A stretch of DNA of 64,000 bases, from positions 60,580 to 124,579 of the IMG/VR virus record IMGVR_UViG_2974694417_000001; one strand, written 5' to 3'. Below the pieces are notes generated by a model. It was not told the origin of the DNA, did no database searches, and was given only the letters and a program-made list of their open reading frames with translations. Of this stretch, positions 7,942-17,334 are shown one piece after another. Numbering within the stretch: the first letter of the stretch is position 1; each line of letters opens with the position of its first letter. The position numbers and the translations under genes were made by a program. This DNA is from a virus.

Positions 7942-10900
7942 TTGACAGTCACAAAGATTGAAACAAAAGAATCAGTAACACCAGAGTATTTTATGCTCAA
8001 CAACCAACTAAATATCGTTAAAGACGGTAAAATTCAGTTGAACGCAGACAGAGAAGCTGTCCATAGCTATTTCATTGATTACGTAAACCCTCATACAGTC
8101 TATTTTGGAGACTTACGTGAGAAGCTTGACTATTTAGTGAAACACAAGTATATTAAAGGCGAAGTACTTGATAAATATACTTTCAAATTTATTAAAAAAT
8201 TATTTAAAACTTTGTACAACAAGAAATTTCGATTTACAACTTTCATGGGTGCTTATAAATTTTACACACAGTATGCTATGCGCACCACAGATAACAAGTC
8301 AATTCTTGAACGATATGAAGACCGCATTGCTTTTAATGCCTTAGTTATGGCTGATGGTGACGAACAATTGGCTCTTAACATTGCGCATGAAATGATTTCA
8401 CAAACCTATCAACCTGCAACACCAACATTCTCTAATGCTGGTAAGTTGCGTGGTGGTAATGCTGTATCATGTTTCCTTTTGAATATTGAAGATAATATGA
8501 CGTCTATTGGGCGCTCAGTAAATTCAGTTCTTCAATTGTCTAAAATGGGTGGTGGAGTTGGAATCAACTTAACTGATATCCGTCCGTCAGGAGACCCTAT
8601 CAAGGGTATTGAGAATATGGCTGATGGAGTTGTTCCAATCATGAAACTCTATGAAGATTCATTTTCATATGCCAATCAGTTGGGGACAAGAAATGGGGCA
8701 GGAGTAACTTATCTCAATGTATTCCATAAAGATATTGTTAAATTCCTCTCTACAAAAAAAGAAAATGCTGACGAAAAAGTTCGTGTTAAAACTCTTTCTC
8801 TCGGTGTTGTAGTTCCTGATAAATTCTATGAACTCATTGCTAAAGGTGAATCAATGTATTTGTTTAGCCCTTATGATATCTACAATGAGTATGGAAAACT
8901 AATGTCTGAAATCAACATCACAGAAATGTATGATGAATTAGTTGAAAACAAAAATATCAAGAAAGATAAAATCTTTGCTCGTGACCTTGAAGAAGAAATG
9001 TCTAAACTTATTCAAGAATCAGGATATCCATACATCATCAACATTGATACAGCAAACCAAGAAAATGCTGTTGACGGTGTAATTAAAATGTCTAACCTTT
9101 GCTCTGAAATCCTTCAAGTACAATCTCCATCAGAATTGAACTCAGACCAAACTTATAAGACTATTGGAACTGACGTATCATGTAACCTTGGTTCAACTAA
9201 TATTACACATCTTATGGAGTCATCTGACTTCGGAAGCTCTGTTAGAACAGCATTTCGTGCATTAGCCTATGTTGCAGATAGCTCTAACATTGAAGAAGTT
9301 CCTACTGTTAAGAACGCCAACGATAAGTATCACTCAGTAGGGTTGAAAATCGCCTAGCTCTACTATAAAATTTTGCTATATGCTGGAAACTCTTAAAGAT
9401 ATTGATACTTGAATCTTACCAATTCGCAAAAGTAAAAATTCAATATATAGATAGACAATCAGCAGGGAAGTCGTGGTTGACCCCTCAGAGACTACACGCA
9501 GAACAACTTAACCAAAAAAAAAAAAAAATACCCACTTAACTACTATTATAGAAAGGAGAACACATGGAAGAATTATGGTCTAATATTGATGGTTTTAATA
9601 GCAAATACCTTATAAGTTCTTTAGGTAGAATTAAAATTAAGGATAATACATCTAAAAGAATTAATAACGGTGTTTTGTGTAATTATCATCAAAAGGAAAT
9701 GATAAAATCTATAAAAATAAACGATAATAAAAATGAATATGTGAGAGTTTCTCTAGTTCATAATGGTGATAATAAAACAAAAACAGTTTATATACACAGA
9801 TTGGTTGCAAAGGCATTTATTCCTAATCCTAAAAACCTACCAGAAGTAAACCACATAAATGATAAGAAGAGTGACAATAGAGTTGAGAATCTTGAATGGT
9901 GCGATAAAAGCTATAACATGAAACATGCAATAGAATATCTTAGTTTCAAAGCTGACACCTCCAATTTACATGACAAAAGACCTGTTTATCAAATAGATAA
10001 AGACACTGATGAGATAATTAAATCTTTTGATAGTATCACTCAAGCTACCAGAGAAACAGGGGTTTTGCACATCTCTGGTGTTTGTTTGGATAACAGACGT
10101 ACAGCTGGTGGATTTAAATGGAAATATAAAGAATAACAACTAATGGTTAAGTTGAAGATATAGTCCAAACCCTAGACAAATATCTCGAAAGAGAGGGTAT
10201 TTTCATTGTAGGCGCAATGGGGCTACATGGATTCCTTGCTAAAAACGGAATCCTCTATGGTTCTCCTGAATCAATTGAGTTCACAGGTATGTACTTCCAA
10301 CTCCTAAACTATTGGACTTTGTTTGAAAGCAATCAAATTGCTATTGAACGCAATCAAGCCTTCTATAACTTTGATAAGTCAGAATATGCAAATGGTAAAT
10401 ACTTCAAACGCTATCTACCACGTGTTAAATTCAAAAACAATCTTTCTGATACAGTTAAAGATTTGTTTAAAGACATTGATATTCCAACTGTACAAGACTG
10501 GGCTGACTTACAATCTTCAATCGAAGAACATGGTTTATATAACTCTTATCGTTTGGCAGTTGCTCCTTAACAACCTAGGGCGCTTAAAAATTAATTTAAG
10601 TGTAAACCTCTTTGAACTGCTGGGAAACCTTACTGCGTAATGGCAAAGGCAATCAGCAACGAAGCTTTAGTAATTTAATTAAATTATTAAAGAACGCTCA
10701 ACGACTATTCCGTAGCTGGAAGTAGGTATCGAGTGATACCGAAGTGGAGAGGGTCTTACAATTGTAAGGCAAGATATAGTCTGCTCTATATAGAAATATA
10801 TAGCAGTTAAAGTTTCATAACGACTTTAACGGTGTGAGCCTAACGAACTCATGCGAACAAAAGGACAGGTTCTATTAGTTATGTTAATGAAGCTACAGCA

Positions 10901-11293
10901 TCTATTCATCCAATCGTACAAAAGATTGAGAAGCGTTCAGAAGGTAAACGTGGTGATGTGTTCTATCCAGCACCTTATCTCTCAGAAGGTCTTCCTTACT
11001 ACGAATCAGCTTATAACATTGACCAGCGTAGAGTTATTGACATCTACGCAGAAGCTCAAAAGCACGTTGACCAAGCTCTTTCGATGACACTCTTCATGAA
11101 TGCAGACAAAGGTAAAGAATTGTACGAATGGAAAATTGGAACAAGTGGTGAAGACTCATTCACTACACGTGATATCAATATCTTGCGTAACTATGCATGG
11201 GTAAAAAAAATTAAATCAATTTACTATGTTCGTACTTATCGTTCTGATGGTGAAGTTAGTTCAGTAAACGAATGTGAATCATGCTCAATTTAG
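7942..11293 (+). CDS. nrdE: Class Ib ribonucleotide reductase alpha subunit; exons 7942-9343 + 10209-10567 + 10865-11293, 729 aa spliced
   Basis: PATPTFSNAG, VSCFL, SNLCSEI. Splicing restores SVG|LGAMGLHG and AVAP|TGSISY. C-terminal ECESCSI. Confidence 0.95.
9344..10208 (+). mobile_element. Group I intron 1 of nrdE (865 nt) with HNH endonuclease in the P8 loop
   Basis: 5' exon ends in U, terminal G10208. IGS CGCCUA pairs with 3' exon UAGGCG. CAGAGACUAC and AAGAUAUAGUCC core; P8 stem CAACUUAACCA/UGGUUAAGUUG flanks the ORF. Confidence 0.93.
9564..10136 (+). CDS. Intron-encoded HNH homing endonuclease (NUMOD4-HNH-NUMOD1, I-HmuI-like)
   Basis: WSNIDGF..KYLISSLGRI (NUMOD4), HRLVAKAFIPNP...VNHINDKKSDNRVENLEW (HNH), C-terminal SITQATRETG...TAGGFKWKY. 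Confidence 0.92.
   Translation: MEELWSNIDGFNSKYLISSLGRIKIKDNTSKRINNGVLCNYHQKEMIKSIKINDNKNEYVRVSLVHNGDNKTKTVYIHRLVAKAFIPNPKNLPEVNHINDKKSDNRVENLEWCDKSYNMKHAIEYLSFKADTSNLHDKRPVYQIDKDTDEIIKSFDSITQATRETGVLHISGVCLDNRRTAGGFKWKYKE
10568..10864 (+). mobile_element. Group I intron 2 of nrdE (297 nt, no ORF)
   Basis: CCU| then TAA. GCUCAACGACUA and AAGAUAUAGUC core, IA2-like P7.1/P7.2 and P9 stems, terminal G10864. Restores APTGSISY. Confidence 0.93.
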
Positions 11294-11305
11294 AAAGAGG
11301 TTTGT

Positions 11306-11716
11306 ATGCCTAATAAATTAAATGTAGAAGATAAAAGTTTTGAAGATAAATGGTATATCTTTGATACATATCATGAAATCAGCAAGTGTGTTTATTATAA
11401 TGAAGAATTAAATAATCTAATGACATTCTACTCTGAAACAGAAGAAACACCTGTTGACGTTATTAACTGGGTTGTTAATAAAGATAGATTTTTAGAAACT
11501 TTAGATATTCTTGAAACAAATAAAAATACAGTTGTCAGTTTCTTTAGAGTTGAAGGAACTACGTCTGTTGTCACAATTCTTGAAACAACAAAAGATGTGA
11601 TTGATACGCTCAAAAGAAAAACAATGAGTGGTATCAACAAACACATTAATGATGTGATTTACAAAAAAGATAAAAAACTTTTGTATAAGAAATTTGCAAT
11701 AGTTAAAGATTTGTAA
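11306..11716 (+). CDS. Hypothetical protein
   Basis: 136 aa ORF with GAGG RBS. Confidence 0.7.
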   Translation: MPNKLNVEDKSFEDKWYIFDTYHEISKCVYYNEELNNLMTFYSETEETPVDVINWVVNKDRFLETLDILETNKNTVVSFFRVEGTTSVVTILETTKDVIDTLKRKTMSGINKHINDVIYKKDKKLLYKKFAIVKDL

Positions 11717-11728
11717 TATAAATTTAAA

Positions 11729-11767
11729 AAAGTATTTCTTGACAGGAATGCTTTTTTGTGTTATAAT
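11729..11767 (+). promoter_or_regulatory. sigmaA promoter with -35 embedded in a terminator-like hairpin
   Basis: TTGACA(11739)-17-TATAAT(11762); AAAGTATTTCT/AGGAATGCTTT stem followed by a T run. Confidence 0.8.
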
Positions 11768-11824
11768 ATATAATATAAAGAAATTATTTATACGTATAAC
11801 ATTCAAAGGAAAGAAGGTATTCAA

Positions 11825-12565
11825 ATGTATAATGATGAATTTTGGGATTTTTCAGTACCCTATGAACAAGAATATGTTGAGTTTTTCAATAACTTAAAAA
11901 ATTCTGTCAAAGAAGGTATCAAACAGGAACTTGAAGGTTTAAAAGATGAAAATAGTAGGTTACAAAAGATTGTTGATGGAATCAAAGAAAAGGAAGAAAA
12001 TATCAATCGTAGAGAACGAGATTTGCAAACTGCTATTGAAGTTTCAGCTCAATCTGCTAAAAGCCTAGCTTTAAAAGAGTTGCTTGAACCGCTCGAAGAT
12101 ATCTACTGGGATATTACATATAAGCATGAGCTAATGCCTCAATGTGATAAGTGTGACAGATATCGTAGACGAGAATACATTACACCTATGGGTCGAGAGG
12201 CTTACGAAAAATGCTCTTGTGATATTGGAAAGAATGTTTATTTTCCCAAAGCAATGACTCTACATAAAATATACAGAAAAAATAAACAACTAATTGGATA
12301 CTATACTATGAACACAAGAGATGAAGAACTTACTTATTATGGTGGAAGTGATGATAGATTCTTTGAAACTAAGACTCCTACGAAATTCTTAATTTCCAAA
12401 GAAGAAGACTTTAAAAACTATTCTCGTTTCAATTCTATGTTTGCTACAAAAGAACTTTGTGAAAAATATTGTGAAAAACTTCAAAAAGAAGAAGATATTA
12501 AACTTCAAAAAAGATTAGAAGAGGCACTTGAAGATGTAAGCCCCACAAGCACCGTGGAAATCTAA
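11825..12565 (+). CDS. Hypothetical protein (coiled coil plus Cys cluster)
   Basis: 246 aa; heptad-rich N-terminus, CDKC...CSC. Confidence 0.75.
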   Translation: MYNDEFWDFSVPYEQEYVEFFNNLKNSVKEGIKQELEGLKDENSRLQKIVDGIKEKEENINRRERDLQTAIEVSAQSAKSLALKELLEPLEDIYWDITYKHELMPQCDKCDRYRRREYITPMGREAYEKCSCDIGKNVYFPKAMTLHKIYRKNKQLIGYYTMNTRDEELTYYGGSDDRFFETKTPTKFLISKEEDFKNYSRFNSMFATKELCEKYCEKLQKEEDIKLQKRLEEALEDVSPTSTVEI

Positions 12566-12594
12566 ATAAAAATATTATTAGAAGAGGTTATAAA

Positions 12595-12702
12595 TTGAAC
12601 TGTTACTTATGTGGTAAAGAAATTCCAGAAGAAGAAATTCTCGAAGGAGAGAAATATCAAATTTGTTACGAGTGCGAACTCAGAGAGGAATATGGAATCT
12701 AA
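12595..12702 (+). CDS. Small zinc-ribbon protein, 35 aa (absent from ORF track)
   Basis: TTG start after GAGG; MNCYLCGKEIPEEEILEGEKYQICYECELREEYGI; TAATG overlap with the next ORF. Confidence 0.6.
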   Translation: MNCYLCGKEIPEEEILEGEKYQICYECELREEYGI

Positions 12703-12776
12703 TGGAATTAAGTGAGTTCTTAGATGTTCTTAAAGGTATTGGTCGGAAATTAAAAGAGAGTGAGGAAGAAGAATGA
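12702..12776 (+). CDS. Micro-ORF, 24 aa (absent from ORF track)
   Basis: MELSEFLDVLKGIGRKLKESEEEE; GAGG upstream; coupled on both sides. Confidence 0.45.
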   Translation: MELSEFLDVLKGIGRKLKESEEEE

Positions 12777-12919
12777 GAATAACTACGTGTGAGTTCTGCA
12801 ATAAACTTACACTCAATAAACTAGATTATATTGAAACGAATCCATATCTTCATATATCTGAGTTTTGTTATGTATGTGAAGAGTGTGGAAAAATTAAACA
12901 TAGAGGAATTGAAATATGA
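12773..12919 (+). CDS. Small zinc-ribbon protein, 48 aa (absent from ORF track)
   Basis: MRITTCEFCNK...YVCEECGKIKHRGIEI; GAGG RBS; ATGA overlaps at both ends. Confidence 0.6.
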   Translation: MRITTCEFCNKLTLNKLDYIETNPYLHISEFCYVCEECGKIKHRGIEI

Positions 12920-13137
12920 GATTTAAAGCAAAACCCAAAGAAGAATTAACAGAAGAAACGGTTGATGAAGATTTATGGTATTTCTTAAAAGAATACATTG
13001 ACGATGAGGGATATATCTATGGGTGGTATGTTGATGGATATATTGTAGGTGGAATGGTTGAAGCAAACGAAGAATACTGCTCACTTGAATATTGGGTGTC
13101 AGTTATTAAAGACACGGTAGTGTTAGTAGAGGAATAA
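12916..13137 (+). CDS. Hypothetical protein, possibly YopX-like
   Basis: MRFKAK...YIYGWYVDGYIVG pattern; GAGG RBS. Confidence 0.55.
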   Translation: MRFKAKPKEELTEETVDEDLWYFLKEYIDDEGYIYGWYVDGYIVGGMVEANEEYCSLEYWVSVIKDTVVLVEE

Positions 13138-13138
13138 T

Positions 13139-13534
13139 ATGTTTGAATTGATTGGGCTCCCAACAGAATGGATTTATTCGCCATCAATGTGTTTTATGTC
13201 AGATGGAGTAACACTTGAACAGCGTGAACATTATCATTATTATGATAATGCAGAGATTCTTGCAGAAGATGAAGAAGAAATTACTATGCGTGGGATTTGT
13301 GGAAAAGGACTAGCATTGAATTGGAGTATGGCAACTCTTGATAGAAACATTGCACATTTAGATTATCCTGCTATGTTCTGTCAGGATTGCATTGAAGTTA
13401 TGAATCGCAGAAAAGAAAGTACCCTTGCTGAGTTATCATACTTAAACATTTATGCAGAGAATCCAAATGAATATATTCTACAAGCTCTCGAAGATGAAAT
13501 GGAGTTCTATCAACCAACAAAAGATTATAAGTAG
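13139..13534 (+). CDS. Hypothetical protein (putative Zn-binding)
   Basis: H...CG...CQDC; GAGG RBS. Confidence 0.65.
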   Translation: MFELIGLPTEWIYSPSMCFMSDGVTLEQREHYHYYDNAEILAEDEEEITMRGICGKGLALNWSMATLDRNIAHLDYPAMFCQDCIEVMNRRKESTLAELSYLNIYAENPNEYILQALEDEMEFYQPTKDYK

Positions 13535-13543
13535 GAGAAAGAA

Positions 13544-13900
13544 ATGGAATTAGAAAACGTAACACTCAAACAATTGCAAAAGAAAGAAGTTGTTCCTTTA
13601 CGTGAACAAGCTTTGGAATATTTTAGAAACTTAGAAAAATCCAAAAGGAAATTACGTCAAGACGGACAAACTTACTATGGTGTTCTAACAACACCTGAAT
13701 ACTTTACCGCAGAAGTTGCTATAGTATTTTCTAATGATGAAGAAGTTGGTTTAGCACGTAAACAAATCTATTCACAATTAATGTACTTTGCAGATAATGA
13801 TATTGTATTCGCTAGTCAATTATTTTATAAATTGACATATGGTAAGATTAATTTTGTTAGTTTTGATAAAGAATTTACTTTAGAAGATGAGGAAAAATAA
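13544..13900 (+). CDS. Hypothetical protein
   Basis: 118 aa ORF with AGGAG RBS. Confidence 0.7.
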   Translation: MELENVTLKQLQKKEVVPLREQALEYFRNLEKSKRKLRQDGQTYYGVLTTPEYFTAEVAIVFSNDEEVGLARKQIYSQLMYFADNDIVFASQLFYKLTYGKINFVSFDKEFTLEDEEK

Positions 13901-13921
13901 TTAAAGATTATATTTGAAAAT

Positions 13922-13957
13922 AATCCTCTTGACAAACAAGGGGATTTGTGTTATAAT
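13922..13957 (+). promoter_or_regulatory. sigmaA promoter of nrdF with -35 embedded in a hairpin
   Basis: TTGACA(13929)-17-TATAAT(13952); AATCCTCTTG/CAAGGGGATT stem. Confidence 0.85.
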
Positions 13958-13979
13958 ATAATAATGAAGGAGGACTATA

Positions 13980-16400
13980 ATGTCAAAAGTAAAATTAGTA
14001 AAAGCTGTGAATTGGAATCGGCTGGAAGATAACATTGACCGTGCAACTTGGGATAAATTGATTTCGCAGTTCTGGGTCAGCTCACGTGTACCCGTTTCAA
14101 ATGACATGGGAGATTGGGGTAAATTGTCTGCCCCAGAGAAAGATTTGTTCAATAAAGTTTTTGGAGGGTTGACACTACTTGATACTTTGCAGGGTGAAGT
14201 CGGTAACAATGAGATTGCAAAAGATTCTCGTACTCAACATGAACTGGCTGTGTTCAGGAACATCTCATTTATGGAAGAGATAGAAAGCATTGTTTCTTTA
14301 GCTTAAAGAAATTTAAGCTTGGTAAAACCTATCTAAACAGGGGAACTCTGACCGTGTAAGACGAAGACAATCCTGTACTAAATTTATTGAAAGGAGACAA
14401 AATTGAAAATAATTGGAAGTAGAACTTATGAAAATATTTTATATAAAAGAATCTTTACTATACATAAAGGTATGCTAGGGCGGTGTTACAATCCTAATGA
14501 TACAAGTTATTCTACGTATGGTGCTAAAGGTGTTACAGTTGATGAACATTGGCACAATCTTGATAATTTTATCGAAGATATTGATAAAATCGATGGGTTT
14601 GATTACAATAAGTTCATTAAAGCTGAGATTCAACTTGATAAAGATTTTAAACAAATTGGTGTTAAAAATAAAGTATATTCATTAAATACATGTGTATTTT
14701 TAAGTCGTTCTGATAATTGTGGGAATAGAAATAACAATCAAGATATGATTATCATTGACCCTGACGGTAATAAATATGAATCACGTAATCGTGAAAAATT
14801 CTGTCGTGAACATAACTTAGACACACGTCATGCACATGCAGTTCTACAAGGTAAAAATCCACACCACAAAGGTTGGCAATTTTTCTATAAAGAAACATTC
14901 AATCCAGCAAATGTTGTACTTAAACAAATCATACTTGGTACAAATTCAGATGGCGATGAATTTTTGTTTAATAATATATCAACATTTGCTAAGGAACAGA
15001 ATCTTTCTGCCCCAAATATTTCAATGGTTTTGTCTGGTAAAAATAAAACTCACAAAGGATGGACTTTTAAAATTATCCAAAAGGGTTTTACTATTCAATA
15101 ATAAATGTGCAACGACTATCGAAAGGATAGCATTTCTCACAGTATAATTCTAGGGGAGATGTGAATAACCAAGTAGAGTAGAGTTTAAGTAAACTCGAAA
15201 TGGTAGGACATATCATTTACTTAAAAGTATGATATGTAAGATATAGTCTGAACTATATAGAAATATATAGAGTGTGAGTAACGAACACACACAACAGCAT
15301 TGACATGCGGAATCTTATTCAACAATCTTCTCAACTTTCTGTACTATGAAAGAGATTGATGGAATATTTGAGTGGACTGCAACAAATCCTTATATTGTTA
15401 AGAAAACAGAAATCGTTCAAGATATCTACGAAAATGGAACTCCTCTACAAAAGAAAATTGCATCAGTATTCTTGGAATCCTTCCTTTTCTACTCAGGATT
15501 CTTTACACCCTTGTATTATGCTGGACTCGGAAAGATGAAAAATACAGCCGAGATTATAAAATTAATTTTGAGGGATGAGTCGGTTTTGTAAGTGAGCTGA
15601 CTTAGGTATTTTGCCTTAGCGAAACCACAATCCTAAACAGGGAAACTCTCTCGCAGACAATCCTGTGTTAAATTATTGTAAAAACCTTTTGATAAACTCT
15701 TTATCTTTTTTAAGATGATGAAGATTGGGAGTTTATCAAAAAGGAAGAAGTACAATATAAAGACTCAACGACTATCGAAAGGCAGTTAATAGCTCTAGGG
15801 GCTATTAATGAAACCAAGTAGAGTACAGCCAAGTGGTAAGCAATGTATGTGAAAATGGCATGCAGATAAGTCTTTTAAATGGAAATGGAGTATGTGGGGT
15901 GTTGACTAACAACAACACTAAGATATAGTCTCAGCGTCCATAGTGATATGGAGAAGTTCATCAGAGAACTGCATAGAATTTACGACTCTATGTGAAGGTA
16001 CTATCACGGATATTACATTGGCTACAAGTTTCAAATTGGATATAATGAATTAACAGAAGCTGAACAAGAAGAGTTAGAAGAATGGACATTTGATTTACTT
16101 GATAAGCTATATCAAAATGAATTGAAATATACTGAACTTCTTTATGATACTGTGGGTTATACAGAGGATGTGAAACAATTCCTTAAATATAACGCAGATA
16201 AAGCTCTTATGAATCTTGGATTCGACACTTTATTTGAAGTTGGTCGTGAAGATATCAATCCACTTGTAATGAATGGTATCTCAACTGAAACAGCTAACCA
16301 TGATTTCTTCTCAGCGGTAGGTAATGGATATCTCCTTGGAGAAGTCGAAGCTATGAAAGACGATGACTACGCTTTGATTAAAGAAAAACTCAATAAATAA
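13980..16400 (+). CDS. nrdF: Class Ib ribonucleotide reductase beta subunit; exons 13980-14281 + 15303-15584 + 16004-16400, 326 aa spliced
   Basis: NWN..ED, QFW, GLTLLDTLQ. Splicing restores MEEI|HAESYS and RDESV|HGYYIG. ESFLFYSGF, KYNADKALMNLG, NHDFFS. Confidence 0.93.
14282..15302 (+). mobile_element. Group I intron 1 of nrdF (1021 nt) with HNH endonuclease in the P6 region
   Basis: P1 GAAGAGAU|...GUUUCUUU with U.G pair; GCAACGACUA and AAGAUAUAGUC core; terminal G15302. Confidence 0.93.
14403..15101 (+). CDS. Intron-encoded HNH-type homing endonuclease with two C-terminal NUMOD1/IENR1-like repeats
   Basis: GMLGRCYNPN..SYSTYGAKGVTV..W...F...LDKD...YSLNTCVF...DN; repeats FCREHNL...VLQGK..HHKGWQF and FAKEQNL...VLSGK..THKGWTF; TTG start with AAGGAG. 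Confidence 0.85.
   Translation: MKIIGSRTYENILYKRIFTIHKGMLGRCYNPNDTSYSTYGAKGVTVDEHWHNLDNFIEDIDKIDGFDYNKFIKAEIQLDKDFKQIGVKNKVYSLNTCVFLSRSDNCGNRNNNQDMIIIDPDGNKYESRNREKFCREHNLDTRHAHAVLQGKNPHHKGWQFFYKETFNPANVVLKQIILGTNSDGDEFLFNNISTFAKEQNLSAPNISMVLSGKNKTHKGWTFKIIQKGFTIQ
15585..16003 (+). mobile_element. Group I intron 2 of nrdF (419 nt, no ORF), apparent terminal A instead of G
   Basis: P1 GAGUCGGU|UU pairs with GAGCUGACUU (U.G at the splice site). P10 GUGA pairs with 3' exon UCAC. CUCAACGACUA and AAGAUAUAGUC core. Only this junction restores DESVHG. Confidence 0.85.
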
Positions 16401-16406
16401 AAATTC

Positions 16407-16442
16407 AGAGGACTTGACAAGTCCTCTTTTTTATGGTATAAT
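16407..16442 (+). promoter_or_regulatory. Terminator after nrdF fused with a sigmaA promoter
   Basis: Perfect inverted repeat AGAGGACTTG-A-CAAGTCCTCT centred on TTGACA(16414), followed by a T run; TATAAT at 16437. Confidence 0.88.
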
Positions 16443-16477
16443 ATTACTATCAAACATTTAAGGAGAATAAACATAAT

Positions 16478-17047
16478 ATGGGTTTACCAAACAATCAAAA
16501 CTATACCCCTACAGTACACTATTTAGAAAGGATGTCAGAACGATTTAATATTAAAACAAACTTAGAGTCTATGAACTTTTTCAAACAACAAGTTGATACT
16601 TTAGAATATGTCGGAAAAAATACAACTAAACTTGGTGTATGTGAAGTTTGGGCAAATGATAAGGCAACTTTCATTCTTGATGTGAAAAACAAGAGGATTG
16701 TGACAGTTTATCAAACTGGAAGCACTGAAATTCAGGCTGATGATACCCCTGTAGAAAAATCCGAACAATCTTTCGAAAATCCACTATCATTGTTCGGAAA
16801 TGAACAGATTAATAACATAATCTTTGATGAATTGTTCGGAAATGTCGAACAAACTTTTGAAAAAATCTCAAATTTCACAAGTAAAATCACGATTTTACAT
16901 GAGAAGATGCAAAAGACAAGTCGTAAAGATTATAAGGCTAAGCAAATGGATGAAGCTCATGAAATCATGTATGAACTTGCACGTCAAATTAAAGTATGTA
17001 ACCAAAAAGAAAACGAAATTAACAAATTTAAAGAAAGACTAGGGTGA
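16478..17047 (+). CDS. Hypothetical protein; N-terminus possibly DUF4258/RelE-like fold, C-terminal coiled coil
   Basis: TVHYLERMSERF...FILDVKNKRIVTVY; AAGGAG RBS. Confidence 0.6.
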   Translation: MGLPNNQNYTPTVHYLERMSERFNIKTNLESMNFFKQQVDTLEYVGKNTTKLGVCEVWANDKATFILDVKNKRIVTVYQTGSTEIQADDTPVEKSEQSFENPLSLFGNEQINNIIFDELFGNVEQTFEKISNFTSKITILHEKMQKTSRKDYKAKQMDEAHEIMYELARQIKVCNQKENEINKFKERLG

Positions 17048-17052
17048 TTATT

Positions 17053-17334
17053 ATGGAATCAATTGATGTTAAATTTACTATAGGAGTTGATGAAGACTGG
17101 GACGAAAAATTCCGATTGTTAGACATGAATTGTTATTACGATTTTGACATTTCTCAAAAACTAGAAATGCTCGATGTTATTCGCAAAGGACTTATTGAAA
17201 AAGAAATCTTCGAAGTAACAAAGATGATTAACAATTTACATCATTTACATCACTCAAGACAAAAGGCAGAATTAATAAAACTCATTGATGTGCAAACAAA
17301 ATTATTCGAAGGATTAAAAAATAATGGAAATTAA
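17053..17334 (+). CDS. Hypothetical protein
   Basis: ATG 17053 after GGGTGA; overlaps the trxB start. Confidence 0.65.
   Translation: MESIDVKFTIGVDEDWDEKFRLLDMNCYYDFDISQKLEMLDVIRKGLIEKEIFEVTKMINNLHHLHHSRQKAELIKLIDVQTKLFEGLKNNGN

Noticed and set aside
9537-9556. AACTACTA motif upstream of the RBS of two intron endonuclease genes (also near 38345 on the minus strand)
   Set aside because: Only 8 nt in AT-rich DNA, not at a fixed spacing, and absent before the other two endonucleases.
15690-15930. Long hairpin in P6 and extra sequence in P8 of nrdF intron 2 as a hidden gene or endonuclease remnant
   Set aside because: No RBS-led ORF or recognisable nuclease motif in any frame; probably structural extensions.
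15997-15998. Canonical omega-G 3' splice site for nrdF intron 2 at G15997 or G15998
   Set aside because: With the P1-defined 5' site these give DESVYYHG or a frameshift, which breaks ExxH spacing, and they lack P10 pairing. RT-PCR is still needed to exclude them.
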